A DNA stretch of 62,716 bases, the filler included. It is 8 parts of 8 records of this genome, joined end to end, with 100 filler letters (N's around TTAATTAATTAA, not from the genome) between each part and the next. Parts side by side here need not be neighbours in the genome. Positions count along the whole stretch, not along the records: positions 37,092 to 41,579 come from SRR20825010_2981; positions 41,680 to 45,482 come from SRR20825010_2984; positions 45,583 to 50,581 come from SRR20825010_2985; 5 more parts are not named here. The stretch is one strand, 5' to 3'. The number at the start of each line of letters is the position of its first letter. Positions within the stretch are counted from its first letter, which is position 1. The notes beneath the pieces were generated by a model that ran no database searches, was not told the DNA's origin, and saw only the letters and a program-made list of their open reading frames with translations. Of the stretch, positions 37,092 to 47,113 are shown one piece after another. Both the position numbers and the translations under genes were made by a program.

Positions 37092-37664
37092 GGGATCAAG
37101 CGCATTCATCGCCATCATCAACGCCGCCGGACCACAGGTAAACGGCAATGTCTGATGATAAAAATGGATCGGTGATGGCCGACGCAATGATTGCGGCACC
37201 AGAACCCGTTCCATACGCAACGCGTCGGAATGGTCGGGATAATAATCCGGATAAAGCGCAAATTCGCGGTAACCTGCCGCCTTGAACAGACGGATCGCCG
37301 TATCGTTATCCAGATTGACTTCAAGACGCAGGATCGGCGCGCCGAAATCAAGGCTCAGCTCCTCGGCCCGGTTCAAAAGTGCGCGGCCAATACCCAGCCC
37401 ACGATGTTCGGCCAGCACCGCCATGGAATAAAGCCGCGCCATCGCAACGTTGGACCTGAAAATCACCAGCGCATAGCCAATCACCAACCCGCCCTTCTCG
37501 GCAACGCACAGACGCGCGGTCTCGATACCAAGGAAACGCTTGAACGCGCGGCGTGACAGACGGTCGATGGCAAAAGATTGGTTTTCGATGGCACAAAGGG
37601 CATCCAGATCGCCCTCGACCGCCATACGAAGTGATAAGTCGCTCAAAACGGCACCTTCAAACAC
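37092..37664 (-). CDS. RimI-like GNAT fused to a C39-like (DUF3335) peptidase, 3' truncated
   Basis: GNAT motifs RLYSMAV..RGLGIG, LEV..DN, YY.D..DALRM, then YHQTLPFTCGPAALMMAM. Confidence 0.85.
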
Positions 37665-37758
37665 ATGGCATGCGCGCCATTGTCGCGCGCCGTGACCATA
37701 TCGTTCTAATCTCTCGAAACTTAAAGTGCAATTTTGGCAGATGTGTCACGCAAAAACG

Positions 37759-39531
37759 CTATCCTGCCTCTACGGTCGCGATGCCGTCGCCATCCTGATC
37801 CGGGTTGATGATCATTGGGTCAAGGGCGGCAATCGCGGCATATTGGGATAAAAACACCTGCCCGCTCAGATGCGATAAAAACGCGGTGCGCGCCAACCGG
37901 TCCATCACCGGTCCCTTGACCTCAGATAGATGGAATTTAACCCCGGCATCGCGCAGACGCAGATTGATATCTTCAAGGCTTTCAAGACCGCTGGCGTCAA
38001 TTTCATTAATCGCCGGACACATCAAAATCACATGCGCCAAACCCGGATTCTTCGCCACCAGATCATAAATCCGGTCTTCCAGATAACGGCTATTGGCAAA
38101 ATAAAGACTTTCATCGGGGCGCACTGTCAAAACCCGCGTGCCGGTCAAAACCTGATGACGATGGATATTGCGAAAATGTTCGGTTCCAGGCACCAGACCG
38201 ACCACCGCAATATGCGGGCGGCTGGTGTGATGCAGATGCAAAATGATCGACAGCAGCACACCGCTGATCACCCCCGGCTCGACACCAAACAAAAGCGTTA
38301 CGGCAATGGTTGCCATCATCGCGCTGAAATCGCGTTTCGAATAAACCCAGACCCGCCGGATCGCCGCAATATCCACAAGGCTTAATACCGCGACAATGAT
38401 GGTTGCGGCCAATGTCGCATGTGGCAGAAAATACAAAAGCGGCGTTAAGAAAAATGTCGCCGCCCCAATCGCAATTGCGGTTATCAAACCGGCGGCGGGT
38501 GTTTGCGCCCCGGCATCGAAATTCACCACCGACCGGGCAAACCCGCCCGTCACCGGATATCCGCCCGAAAAACCGGCGGCGATGTTCGATGCGCCAAGGG
38601 CAATCAATTCCTGATCGGGAACAATGCGCTGGCGGCGCTTGGCCGCCAATGTCTGGGCAACCGAAACCGATTCAACAAATCCGATCACGCTGATCAGCAA
38701 TGCCGGCACCACAAATTGCACGACAAGTTCCGGATCAAAGGATGGGATCGACAGCCCGGGAAACCCGACCGGAACATCGCCAACAATCCGCACGTCCACC
38801 GCCGCCAGATCAAACTGCCAGACCAGCCATGTTGTGACGATCACCACCAGAACCGGCCCCGCCTTGGTCAAGAACGACGCCCAAACCCTGGCCATCCCCA
38901 ACCGCACCAGAAGCGACCCCATCGACATCCGCACCCAAAACAGGAAAATCAGGCTGCCAATCCCGATCAAAACCGTCGAAAGGTTGCTGTCTGCAACGGA
39001 TCGCACAATCGCAATCGCGGTCTGCACCGCATTTCCTGACGGGATCTGAAGGCCCAGAATATGGCGTACCTGCCCCAACGCGATCAGGATGCCCGATGCG
39101 GTAATGAAACCTGATATGACCGGATGGCTCAAAAAGCTGGCCAGAAATCCCAAACGGAAAATCCCCATCGCCAGCAACATCAAACCCGACATCACCGCCA
39201 ATGTCACCGCCGCCATCAAGGCATTAACGCCCTCGGGCAATTGGGCCGCCCCAATGGTCGATGCCGTCATCAATGAAATGACCGCAACCGGCCCGACGGC
39301 CAGGGCACGGGACGTGCCAAACACCGCATAGGCAATCAATGGCAGGATGGAGGCATAAAGCCCGACTTCGGGCGGCAATCCCGCCAGCATCGCATAAGCC
39401 AGACTTTGCGGGATCAACATTACCGTCACGATCACCGCCGCCGTCATATCGTTGGCGGCGTCGTGTCGGTTATAGGTCCGTCCCCAGTCAAGGATCGGAA
39501 AATAACGGTGCAACCGTTTCACATTCGGCAC
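37759..39531 (-). CDS. sulP: SulP family anion permease with STAS domain
   Basis: IPQSLAYA.LAGLP, VGP, GGFARSVVN, C-terminal YFANS..IDASG STAS motifs. Confidence 0.95.
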   Translation of the reverse strand: MPNVKRLHRYFPILDWGRTYNRHDAANDMTAAVIVTVMLIPQSLAYAMLAGLPPEVGLYASILPLIAYAVFGTSRALAVGPVAVISLMTASTIGAAQLPEGVNALMAAVTLAVMSGLMLLAMGIFRLGFLASFLSHPVISGFITASGILIALGQVRHILGLQIPSGNAVQTAIAIVRSVADSNLSTVLIGIGSLIFLFWVRMSMGSLLVRLGMARVWASFLTKAGPVLVVIVTTWLVWQFDLAAVDVRIVGDVPVGFPGLSIPSFDPELVVQFVVPALLISVIGFVESVSVAQTLAAKRRQRIVPDQELIALGASNIAAGFSGGYPVTGGFARSVVNFDAGAQTPAAGLITAIAIGAATFFLTPLLYFLPHATLAATIIVAVLSLVDIAAIRRVWVYSKRDFSAMMATIAVTLLFGVEPGVISGVLLSIILHLHHTSRPHIAVVGLVPGTEHFRNIHRHQVLTGTRVLTVRPDESLYFANSRYLEDRIYDLVAKNPGLAHVILMCPAINEIDASGLESLEDINLRLRDAGVKFHLSEVKGPVMDRLARTAFLSHLSGQVFLSQYAAIAALDPMIINPDQDGDGIATVEAG

Positions 39532-39595
39532 TCCGGGCCATCAAGGCCACAAATCACGTCGGCCCGTTTCCGCCAATGGCCGCACCGCTGAATTA

Positions 39596-40024
39596 TCAGC
39601 TCCGTGCGGCAATCCGCGGTGCCAGACCAGACATGTCATACCCCGCATCCGCGGCCGTTTTGACAATATCCTCGACCGGCATCTTCCCGGCATTGGCAAG
39701 CGACCACAAAATCGCGCAACGCGTTCCGGTCCGGCAATAGGCAAAGACGGGTTTGGGGGATTCGTTTAACGCCTTGGCAAAGGCATCGGCATCGCCGTCC
39801 TGCACATTGCCACTCATCACGGGTTGAAACACCGCCGTAAGGCCAAGTTCCTCGGCCCGCGCCTTGACCGCACTAAACGGTGGCTGGCCAGGATCTTCAT
39901 TGTCCGGCCGGTTGCAAATGATCGTCTTGAAACCGGCTTGGGCAATGTGATCCAGTGCCTCAATCGGCATCTGGGGCGATACGGTAAGATCGTCATTCAG
40001 GCGTTTCATCGTCCTTGCATCCAT
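39596..40024 (-). CDS. TIGR01244/DUF442 sulfurtransferase
   Basis: ICNRPDNE, YCRTGTRC. Confidence 0.9.
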   Translation of the reverse strand: MDARTMKRLNDDLTVSPQMPIEALDHIAQAGFKTIICNRPDNEDPGQPPFSAVKARAEELGLTAVFQPVMSGNVQDGDADAFAKALNESPKPVFAYCRTGTRCAILWSLANAGKMPVEDIVKTAADAGYDMSGLAPRIAARS

Positions 40025-40056
40025 TCTTTCGCGTCGGAAACGTCCCGCCTTTGCCC

Positions 40057-40965
40057 TCAAAGGCTGTTAAGCGGGATCTTGAGATAACGGATGCCATTAT
40101 CTTCGGCTGGTGGCAACTCCCCAGCGCGCATATTTACCTGAACCGATGGCAGGATCAGGCGCGGCATATCCAATGTCGCGTCCTTGGCCTTGCGCATTTT
40201 GGTGAATTGATCCTCGCTGATACCTTCGCGGACATGGACATTATGGGCGCGTTCTTCGGCCACCGTGGTTTCCCAGATATAAATATCGCGCCCCGGTGCC
40301 TTGTAATCATGGCAAAGAAACATCCGTGTTTCTCCCGGAAGGGCCAGAATCTTTTGCACCGACCGATAAAGTGTCGCCGCATCCCCACCCGGAAAATCAC
40401 ATCTTGCGGTGCCGAAATCGGGCATGAACAACGTATCACCGACAAAAACGCTATCACCAATCACATAGGACATGCAGGCGGGTGTATGCCCTGGCGTATG
40501 CAGCGCACGCGCCGAAAGCCCGCCGATTTCAAACGTTTCCTCATCCTCGAACAGATGGTCGAACTGACTGCCGTCGCGCTGGAATTCCGTTCCGGCGTTA
40601 AACACCTTGCCAAATGTTTCCTGCACCACACTGATCTTTGATCCGATACCCATGCGCCCGCCCAACTTGTCCTTCAAATACGGGGCCGCCGACAGATGAT
40701 CGGCATGGACATGGGTTTCAAGTATCCATTGCACCGTAAGCCCTTCCTCGCGGACAAAGGCAACAATCGCATCGGCGGAAGCGGTATTGGTTCGGCCACT
40801 TGCCGGGTCATAATCCAGAACCGAGTCAACAATCGCGCAACAACTGCTTTGCGGATCGCGCACCACATAGCTGATCGTAAAGGTCGCCTCGTCAAAAAAT
40901 GCCTTCACCACCGGCATTTTCGATTTGTCCGCCCGAAGCGACGGTTTGCCTGATCCGATACTCAT
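40057..40965 (-). CDS. MBL-fold persulfide dioxygenase (ETHE1/Blh-like)
   Basis: ETHVHADH, HTPGHT, GDTLF..GTARCDFPGG, CHDY. Confidence 0.92.
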   Translation of the reverse strand: MSIGSGKPSLRADKSKMPVVKAFFDEATFTISYVVRDPQSSCCAIVDSVLDYDPASGRTNTASADAIVAFVREEGLTVQWILETHVHADHLSAAPYLKDKLGGRMGIGSKISVVQETFGKVFNAGTEFQRDGSQFDHLFEDEETFEIGGLSARALHTPGHTPACMSYVIGDSVFVGDTLFMPDFGTARCDFPGGDAATLYRSVQKILALPGETRMFLCHDYKAPGRDIYIWETTVAEERAHNVHVREGISEDQFTKMRKAKDATLDMPRLILPSVQVNMRAGELPPAEDNGIRYLKIPLNSL

Positions 40966-40999
40966 GCCACTCCTCCGGTATTGTCGGACGCCGATAATG

Positions 41000-41230
41000 C
41001 TAGTTCGTGGATGTCTGACAGGTGCAAATACCCAAAATGCGATACAGCAGGCAGAATCGCATAACCCCGGTCAACAGGATGACGGCGCCCACAATCATCG
41101 CAAGCCAGCCAAAACCGCCAAGGGTGGCAAACGGACCGGCCTCGGTCGCAAGGATGAACGGCAATACAATCAGGACAAGACCAAGGATGATCCGTACCAC
41201 ACGATCAAATGTTCCAACATTGGCTTTCAT
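41000..41230 (-). CDS. DUF2892 / YgaP-like small membrane protein
   Basis: NVGTFDR..R, two TM helices, FCLLY..LGICTC. Confidence 0.88.
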   Translation of the reverse strand: MKANVGTFDRVVRIILGLVLIVLPFILATEAGPFATLGGFGWLAMIVGAVILLTGVMRFCLLYRILGICTCQTSTN

Positions 41231-41429
41231 CGCGAAACTCCGCTTTTTAAATGGATGAATAATCTCTGGCTCAAAGGTTATAATTAAACATTATAATAAT
41301 CAAATGTAATTTTATCATTTTTTTGTGTTAAAAATGATCCATCGCAATGCAATGCACAAAACCGCCCGGTTGCGGTCCTTTCCCGCGCGTGCTAAGCCCC
41401 TCTCAAATCAAAATTTCTGGGGATGGATC

Positions 41430-41579
41430 ATGGCCGACAACGTTGCATCACAACCCGAAAACGCCTCAACATTTGATTGGCCAGTCTGGCAGGCGCAAAA
41501 TCCGGCGGGCACATTTTCCCAGTGGCTCAAGGCGTGTGTTGCCGATGATTGGCACAAGGTCACCCACCATCCCTTTACC
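41430..41579 (+). CDS. Probable TenA family protein, N-terminal fragment
   Basis: FSQWLK....DW...THHPF resembles the TenA N-terminus; only 50 codons visible. Confidence 0.55.
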
Positions 41580-41679
41580 NNNNNNNNNNNNNNNNNNNNN
41601 NNNNNNNNNNNNNNNNNNNNNNNTTAATTAATTAANNNNNNNNNNNNNNNNNNNNNNNNNNNNNNNNNNNNNNNNNNNN
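41580..41679. other. Artificial contig linker 4
   Basis: N-run + TTAATTAATTAA + N-run. Confidence 0.99.
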
Positions 41680-41680
41680 C

Positions 41681-42268
41681 CTTGCCACCTATGCCATGTG
41701 GTGGATCCGGGCAGCCATTCAGGAATATATCCTGCACTCCTGGTCGCTGGTGAAAATCGGCACCACGGCGGCGCAGAAGAAGCTGTTCTTCAACCTGCGC
41801 AAGCTGAAAGGCCAGATGCAGGCCATCGAGGAAGGCGATCTCTCCCCGGAACGGGTGACAGCGATCGCCACCAAGCTGGAAGTTCCCGAACAGGACGTCA
41901 TCAACATGAACCGCCGGCTTGCTGCCCCGGATCATTCCCTGAACGCGCCCTTGCGCATTGACGGGGAAGGCGAATGGCAGGACTGGCTGGTGGACGAAGG
42001 TGAAAGCCAGGAAGAGCAGCTCGCGGAAAGCGAGGAGCTGGACCAGCGCCGCCAGCTTCTCTCGGTCGGCATGGAATCCCTGAACGAGCGGGAGCGTCAC
42101 ATTCTGACCCAGCGCCGGTTGCAGGAAAACCCGGTCACGCTCGAAGATCTCAGCCAGGAATACAATATCAGCCGGGAACGGGTCCGGCAGATTGAGGTTC
42201 GTGCATTCGAAAAGCTTCAGAAAGCCATGCGCAACGCTGCCATGGAGCAGCGGCTCGAAACCGTCTGA
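41681..42268 (+). CDS. rpoH: RNA polymerase sigma-32 (5' truncated)
   Basis: TYAMWWIRA, RpoH box QKKLFFNLR, region 4 SRERVRQIE. Confidence 0.96.
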   Translation, partial: LATYAMWWIRAAIQEYILHSWSLVKIGTTAAQKKLFFNLRKLKGQMQAIEEGDLSPERVTAIATKLEVPEQDVINMNRRLAAPDHSLNAPLRIDGEGEWQDWLVDEGESQEEQLAESEELDQRRQLLSVGMESLNERERHILTQRRLQENPVTLEDLSQEYNISRERVRQIEVRAFEKLQKAMRNAAMEQRLETV

Positions 42269-42308
42269 AGAAGACAACTATCTGAAGAAAACAGGCAGCC
42301 GGGGCGGT

Positions 42309-42806
42309 TTAACCGTCCCGGTTTTTCTTTTCCGGCTCGGCTTCTAGTGGCTCGTTATTATCGAGCGCACCGGCAACACCCGGGCCCCACTCCTCGACAA
42401 GCTCTCTCTGACGACGGCGCAGCCGGCCGATACGCTGCTCGATGCGCATGGCGATCCCCATCGACACAACACCCGGCGCCAGCAGGTAAATGCACCAGCC
42501 AAGCCCCGCAGCCCCCAGCATGGTCAGCCAGGCGAATGGATCGGCCATGATCTCGAACGCCTTCGAATAGGAATGGTCCTCCGACCAGAGCTGGGCAACG
42601 AAGGGCAGGACGCCGACGAAATTCATGCAGCCGACGCAAAGCGTCGTATATTTCTCGCGCCTTTGATCGACCATCATGGCAGCCAGGGTCGGCAGCATGC
42701 CAAGCCCCAGGACCAGCACGGTTGGCAGGGTGAACAGCATCAGGCCGCCACCGATCGTGAAGATGATCACCTTCAACGATGACGCGCTTGCCTGGTTTGA
42801 TGCCAT
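42309..42806 (-). CDS. Hypothetical membrane protein, 165 aa
   Basis: Three to four hydrophobic segments and a charged tail RQRELVEEWG; co-oriented 63 bp downstream of the pseudokinase. Confidence 0.8.
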   Translation of the reverse strand: MASNQASASSLKVIIFTIGGGLMLFTLPTVLVLGLGMLPTLAAMMVDQRREKYTTLCVGCMNFVGVLPFVAQLWSEDHSYSKAFEIMADPFAWLTMLGAAGLGWCIYLLAPGVVSMGIAMRIEQRIGRLRRRQRELVEEWGPGVAGALDNNEPLEAEPEKKNRDG

Positions 42807-42869
42807 CTCTGTTTCCTATCGCCCGTATTGTCCAGAACGCGTCCCGGTCCGGGCGCGGCAGTTCCCAGT

Positions 42870-44867
42870 TTAGACCAAATAGAGGATCACGATAGCCGTC
42901 GTTCCCACACTGCCGACAACGCCGGAGATCACGGCGGCTGCCTGCTCTCCGAGTTCCGCCGCCAGACTGTCCTTGTTTTGCAGATCCAGATTCATCTGGG
43001 CAACCTGCACGGCGCAATGCGCGAATTCCTGTTGTGCCCGCGCATATCCCTGCTGGTCCCGCTGCTGGGCCCGCTGATCGTCGAAGATTTTCAGAATTTC
43101 GCCCAGCTGCCCGCTCTCGGATGCTTTCATCACACTGGTTTCGACCGCCGCCCTGGCCTTCAGGTTATGAAAACCGTTCACGGCCGGTTTCATCAGCTGG
43201 ACAAACCATTGGCAAAGACCCGGCATGGGGCCGTTCCGGGACAGGGTCTGGATCCGGGCAAGCAGCCGGATGACATTCAGCGCGTCGATCGCCGGCCGCT
43301 TGTCAGAGGAGTTACCGAGCGGGCGCAACAGCCGTTCCTCGATATCGGGAGAGCGGGCGCCGAGAAAGGCCGCGAGATGCCTGTCCATCGGGATCGGTGG
43401 CCGGTTACCGCCCTGGGCCACGGCCTCAAGCGCCGGAATCACTTCTTCCGGATCGGTGACATAGAGATGCTCGATCATCGAGCTCATGCAATGAATGTCT
43501 TCATTCAGCTCGTAAAGCACACGCTCGATGCCGTATCCCGGACCGGTGCTGTTCAGAAAGGTCGGCAGCTTGTCGAACTTCGAGAAAAGTTCCAACAGAT
43601 CCTGCTTCGAGCGGGTCTGCACCGACATCCATGGACCAACCGAACGGCTGCTGATGAAGGCCGCCACCTTCTGCCGCGTCGCATCGTCGTTGAAGTTCAG
43701 GGCAAGCGTCGGACCGACCCCGTCAATATGGCAGGAGAACCCCTTGTGACGGATCGGTGCGGTCGGATCGAGACCGATGGCGACCCGGGTGACCAGACGG
43801 GCATCCTCTTCCTTCGGCGCGCTCTGGATACCGTTCGCGCCGCCGGTCACCTTGTTGACCGCCTCGACCGCGCTCTCGTCACCAAGAGAGCGCCGCAGCC
43901 AATTGTCGAAATCCTGCCCCCGGATCAGATCGGCCGCCGTGTTCCAGTTCCGCCCGATGGCGTGCGCGACGGCCCGGACATTCTCGTAACTGCCACCGCC
44001 GACCGCCAATGGCCGTGCGGCCTTCGGCGGCAGCTTCACCTGCTTCGGGGTAAGACGGCGGCCACCGAGCCAGAGTTCAAGATCCCGGATCGTCCAGCGT
44101 TCACGGGGCTCGTCCGTCAGCAGGCCGCGCAGCACTTCGACCATGTTCATCTGCAACCGGGTGCTGCCGACCAGACAGGCATAAGAGCCGAAATTGATAC
44201 GGTCGAAAATCATCCGCTGCGGATCGGTCGCCTCCGGCATCATCCGGCCGGTGAGCAGGGAAAGCAGCGTCACCCCAACCGAGAACAGATCATCCAGCAC
44301 ACCGCCCTCACCCCTGGCGGTACGGTCGGCCATGACGCATTCCAGACTCTCGCAACTGTCTGGCTGATAAAGCCCCGGAGGACTGCTGACACATTCCCCG
44401 ACCATGACGGAGCGCCGCGTCGGGTCGGAATAAAAAAGATTATCGGGCCGGATATTCCTGTGCGTGACACCACGCTGGGACATCTCCCGCATGGTGGCGA
44501 CAAACGGCGTCAGAAACCCGCGCGCCAGCTGCTCGTCCGTAAAGGGCTCGATCACCTGCCCCGGATCGGAGAAAAGCCGCATGCCGCGGGGCCGGTCCAG
44601 GATGAGAACAGGCATGCGCCGCCCGGAAATGGTCCAGTTGACCACGCCATGGTCATGCACGCGCATCAGGTTGTGATTGGGGAACCCCTTGAGCCCGTTG
44701 ATAGCCTCGACCCGCAACGGCACCTTCGGATCACAGACCAGCGCGAAAACATCCGTGCTCCCGCCATCCTTGCAGGCGTAGGCCTTCGCCGACGGTGAAT
44801 CGAAGTCGGGCAAGGGCTGGGCGGGATCGATTTCGAACCGGTCGTTGAGTTTAACCAGATCGGCCAT
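42870..44867 (-). CDS. Ser/Thr protein kinase-fold protein with degenerate active site and C-terminal TM anchor
   Basis: THRNIRPDNLF, DDLFSVGVTL, GLL.DEPRERWT subdomain remnants; hydrophobic C-terminus. Confidence 0.8.
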   Translation of the reverse strand: MADLVKLNDRFEIDPAQPLPDFDSPSAKAYACKDGGSTDVFALVCDPKVPLRVEAINGLKGFPNHNLMRVHDHGVVNWTISGRRMPVLILDRPRGMRLFSDPGQVIEPFTDEQLARGFLTPFVATMREMSQRGVTHRNIRPDNLFYSDPTRRSVMVGECVSSPPGLYQPDSCESLECVMADRTARGEGGVLDDLFSVGVTLLSLLTGRMMPEATDPQRMIFDRINFGSYACLVGSTRLQMNMVEVLRGLLTDEPRERWTIRDLELWLGGRRLTPKQVKLPPKAARPLAVGGGSYENVRAVAHAIGRNWNTAADLIRGQDFDNWLRRSLGDESAVEAVNKVTGGANGIQSAPKEEDARLVTRVAIGLDPTAPIRHKGFSCHIDGVGPTLALNFNDDATRQKVAAFISSRSVGPWMSVQTRSKQDLLELFSKFDKLPTFLNSTGPGYGIERVLYELNEDIHCMSSMIEHLYVTDPEEVIPALEAVAQGGNRPPIPMDRHLAAFLGARSPDIEERLLRPLGNSSDKRPAIDALNVIRLLARIQTLSRNGPMPGLCQWFVQLMKPAVNGFHNLKARAAVETSVMKASESGQLGEILKIFDDQRAQQRDQQGYARAQQEFAHCAVQVAQMNLDLQNKDSLAAELGEQAAAVISGVVGSVGTTAIVILYLV

Positions 44868-45092
44868 ACGGGCAGGCCTCTTCTTCCTGATACCGTCTCT
44901 GGTGCGCTTTTCTGCCACACCAAAACCTGCATCGAGACGAATTAACGGAACCTGACCGGCCGCGCGGATCGACATGATCCCGACGGATCAGGTTCCAGAC
45001 CTATCCGGTTTCCCAATCTTTCGATGCAAATGCAAGAAAAAGCATCTGCCGAAGCAGCGTTAGCTGTCTGATTTTACGATATTCTGAGGCTA

Positions 45093-45482
45093 TCAGCCGC
45101 GGAACGGGTCATGCACCAGAATGGTATCCTCACGTTCCGGGCTGGTTGACAGCAGTGCCACGGGCGTTTCGATCAACTCTTCCAGATAGCGGATATATTT
45201 CACCGCATTTGCCGGAAGATCCGCCCAGGAACGGGCGCCGAACGTGCTTTCGGACCAGCCTTCCATGGTGGTGTAGACCGGCTTGACCCGGGCCTGCTTG
45301 CCGGCACCGGCCGGGAAATAGTCAAGCGTCTCGCCGTCCAGCTCGTAGCCAACACAGATTTTCAGCTCGTCGAAACCGTCCAGCACATCGACCTTGGTCA
45401 GCGCGATACCGTCAACGCCGGAGACCTTCAGGGCCTGCCGGACCATGACCGCATCGAACCAGCCGCAGCGGCGCTTGCGCCC
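45093..45482 (-). CDS. purA: Adenylosuccinate synthase, C-terminal part
   Basis: [26 protein letters not shown] motifs. Confidence 0.96.
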   Translation of the reverse strand, partial: GRKRRCGWFDAVMVRQALKVSGVDGIALTKVDVLDGFDELKICVGYELDGETLDYFPAGAGKQARVKPVYTTMEGWSESTFGARSWADLPANAVKYIRYLEELIETPVALLSTSPEREDTILVHDPFRG

Positions 45483-45582
45483 NNNNNNNNNNNNNNNNNN
45501 NNNNNNNNNNNNNNNNNNNNNNNNNNTTAATTAATTAANNNNNNNNNNNNNNNNNNNNNNNNNNNNNNNNNNNNNNNNNNNN
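45483..45582. other. Artificial contig linker 5
   Basis: N-run + TTAATTAATTAA + N-run. Confidence 0.99.
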
Positions 45583-46020
45583 ATAGAGAGCAACGGCCTG
45601 ATCAGGGTCCTTTTTAACACCACGACCGCTATCATACATTAAACCAAGGTTGTTCTGCGCGTCGGCATCCCCCTGATCCGCGGCCCGGCGGTACCATTTA
45701 ACTGCCTTTTCGTCGTTCCTGGCCACGCCGACACCATTGTTATACATGAGGCCGAGATTGTAGCAGGCGGCGATATTTCCCTGCTCCGCCGCCATCCTGT
45801 AATAGTACAAGGCGGCCCGATCATCCGGCTGGACGCCCATCCCCCGGGCATGGATCAAGCCAAGATTATATTGCGCATCGGCGTGGCCCTGGTCTGCCGA
45901 CAGCCCGAGCCATTTCACCGCAGCACCGTAGTCCTGGTCCATATTGCGGCCAAAAAGATACTGCATTCCAAGGTCGAACTGCGCGTCAGCACACCCCTGC
46001 TTCGCAGCCAATTCACTCAT
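45583..46020 (-). CDS. Sel1-repeat protein (3' truncated)
   Basis: Four A.QG..DAQ.NLG.MY..G.GV..D repeats. Confidence 0.9.
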
Positions 46021-46166
46021 GACAGCCCCTCATATCACCCGACGATCAGCAAAGCGGAGGTGCGTTCCTCCCTGATGCCGTCTTGCCGGTTCCCTCCCTG
46101 ATTAGAGGCCTGAAAGTAACATAAATACGGGAAAGTGTAACAACTATTACAAAACACCATAAAAAA

Positions 46167-46183
46167 ATGGTGCGACGCACCAT
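46167..46183. promoter_or_regulatory. Perfect palindrome, PhaR-box-like
   Basis: ATGGTGCG-A-CGCACCAT in a divergent intergenic region; fits TGCRNYGCA on both strands. Confidence 0.5.
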
Positions 46184-46262
46184 GATCGTTGAGTGCCGGC
46201 CTAACTGTGGGTATCCTCTTGAAAGTTCTCTGTAATTCCTTCAGAAGGTTAAGGATTTCAAT

Positions 46263-47099
46263 ATGGGCGGCATTGTCTGGCTAGCGTCTTATCCAAAATC
46301 CGGAAATACCTGGCTGCGCACGTTTCTGCATAATCTCTTCCTCAATGGCGCGGCGCCCGCCAATATTAATCAGATGAATAGTCTGACCCTGAGTGACAAC
46401 AGCAAATTCTGGTATGAGAAGGTTGCCGGGCGTCCTTATGAGTGCCTGAGCGAGCGTGATATTTCTGCTCTCACCCCTAAAGTTCATGAGGCCTACACCC
46501 GTATCCGATCAGACTCAGTTTTCGTAAAAACCCATCATTTTCTTGGCGAGAGTTATGGCATTCCCTTGATTACGCCAGAATATACCGCTGGCGCTATCTA
46601 TATATTACGCAATCCACTGGATACAGTGATCTCCGTTGCCGATCATTATGGCCTGACGATCGATGAAGGGATCGACATGATGAATGAGCGTAAAACCCGT
46701 ATCGGTGCTTCGGCCACGGCGGGGCCGGATTATCTCAGTTCTTGGTCTGAGCATGTTGCCTCCTGGCAGGCGATGCAACGATCAGCGCTACATGTTATGC
46801 GCTATGAAGACATGCTGCTCAAACCGTTTAGAACCTTTGGATTTCTGGCCCGGTTTTTGGGGCTGGAACCGCCGCAACCGCGTTTAAGAAAGGCGATTCA
46901 GTTTTCTTCTTTTAATACGTCCCGAAAGCAAGAGAAGGAAAAAGGGTTTATTGAACAATCTGATAAAAACGAGCAGTTTTTTCGGGTCGGCAAGGCCGGG
47001 CAATGGAAAACGGTCTTAAGCAATGATCAGGTAAAACGTATCGTTTCTGCCCATGCGGATGTCATGGAAGAATATGGTTACCTACCTTCCTCCCAATAG
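46263..47099 (+). CDS. PAPS-dependent sulfotransferase
   Basis: LASYPKSGNTW, KTH, RNPLDTVIS, RYEDM, FFRVGKAGQW. Confidence 0.93.
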   Translation: MGGIVWLASYPKSGNTWLRTFLHNLFLNGAAPANINQMNSLTLSDNSKFWYEKVAGRPYECLSERDISALTPKVHEAYTRIRSDSVFVKTHHFLGESYGIPLITPEYTAGAIYILRNPLDTVISVADHYGLTIDEGIDMMNERKTRIGASATAGPDYLSSWSEHVASWQAMQRSALHVMRYEDMLLKPFRTFGFLARFLGLEPPQPRLRKAIQFSSFNTSRKQEKEKGFIEQSDKNEQFFRVGKAGQWKTVLSNDQVKRIVSAHADVMEEYGYLPSSQ

Positions 47100-47113
47100 G
47101 TCGCGGATAACAT

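Noticed and set aside
26225-40024. Two DUF442 sulfurtransferases as a duplication
   Set aside because: They lie on different contigs, probably from different organisms
42828-44798. 656-aa plus-strand ORF
   Set aside because: Antisense shadow of the kinase-fold gene
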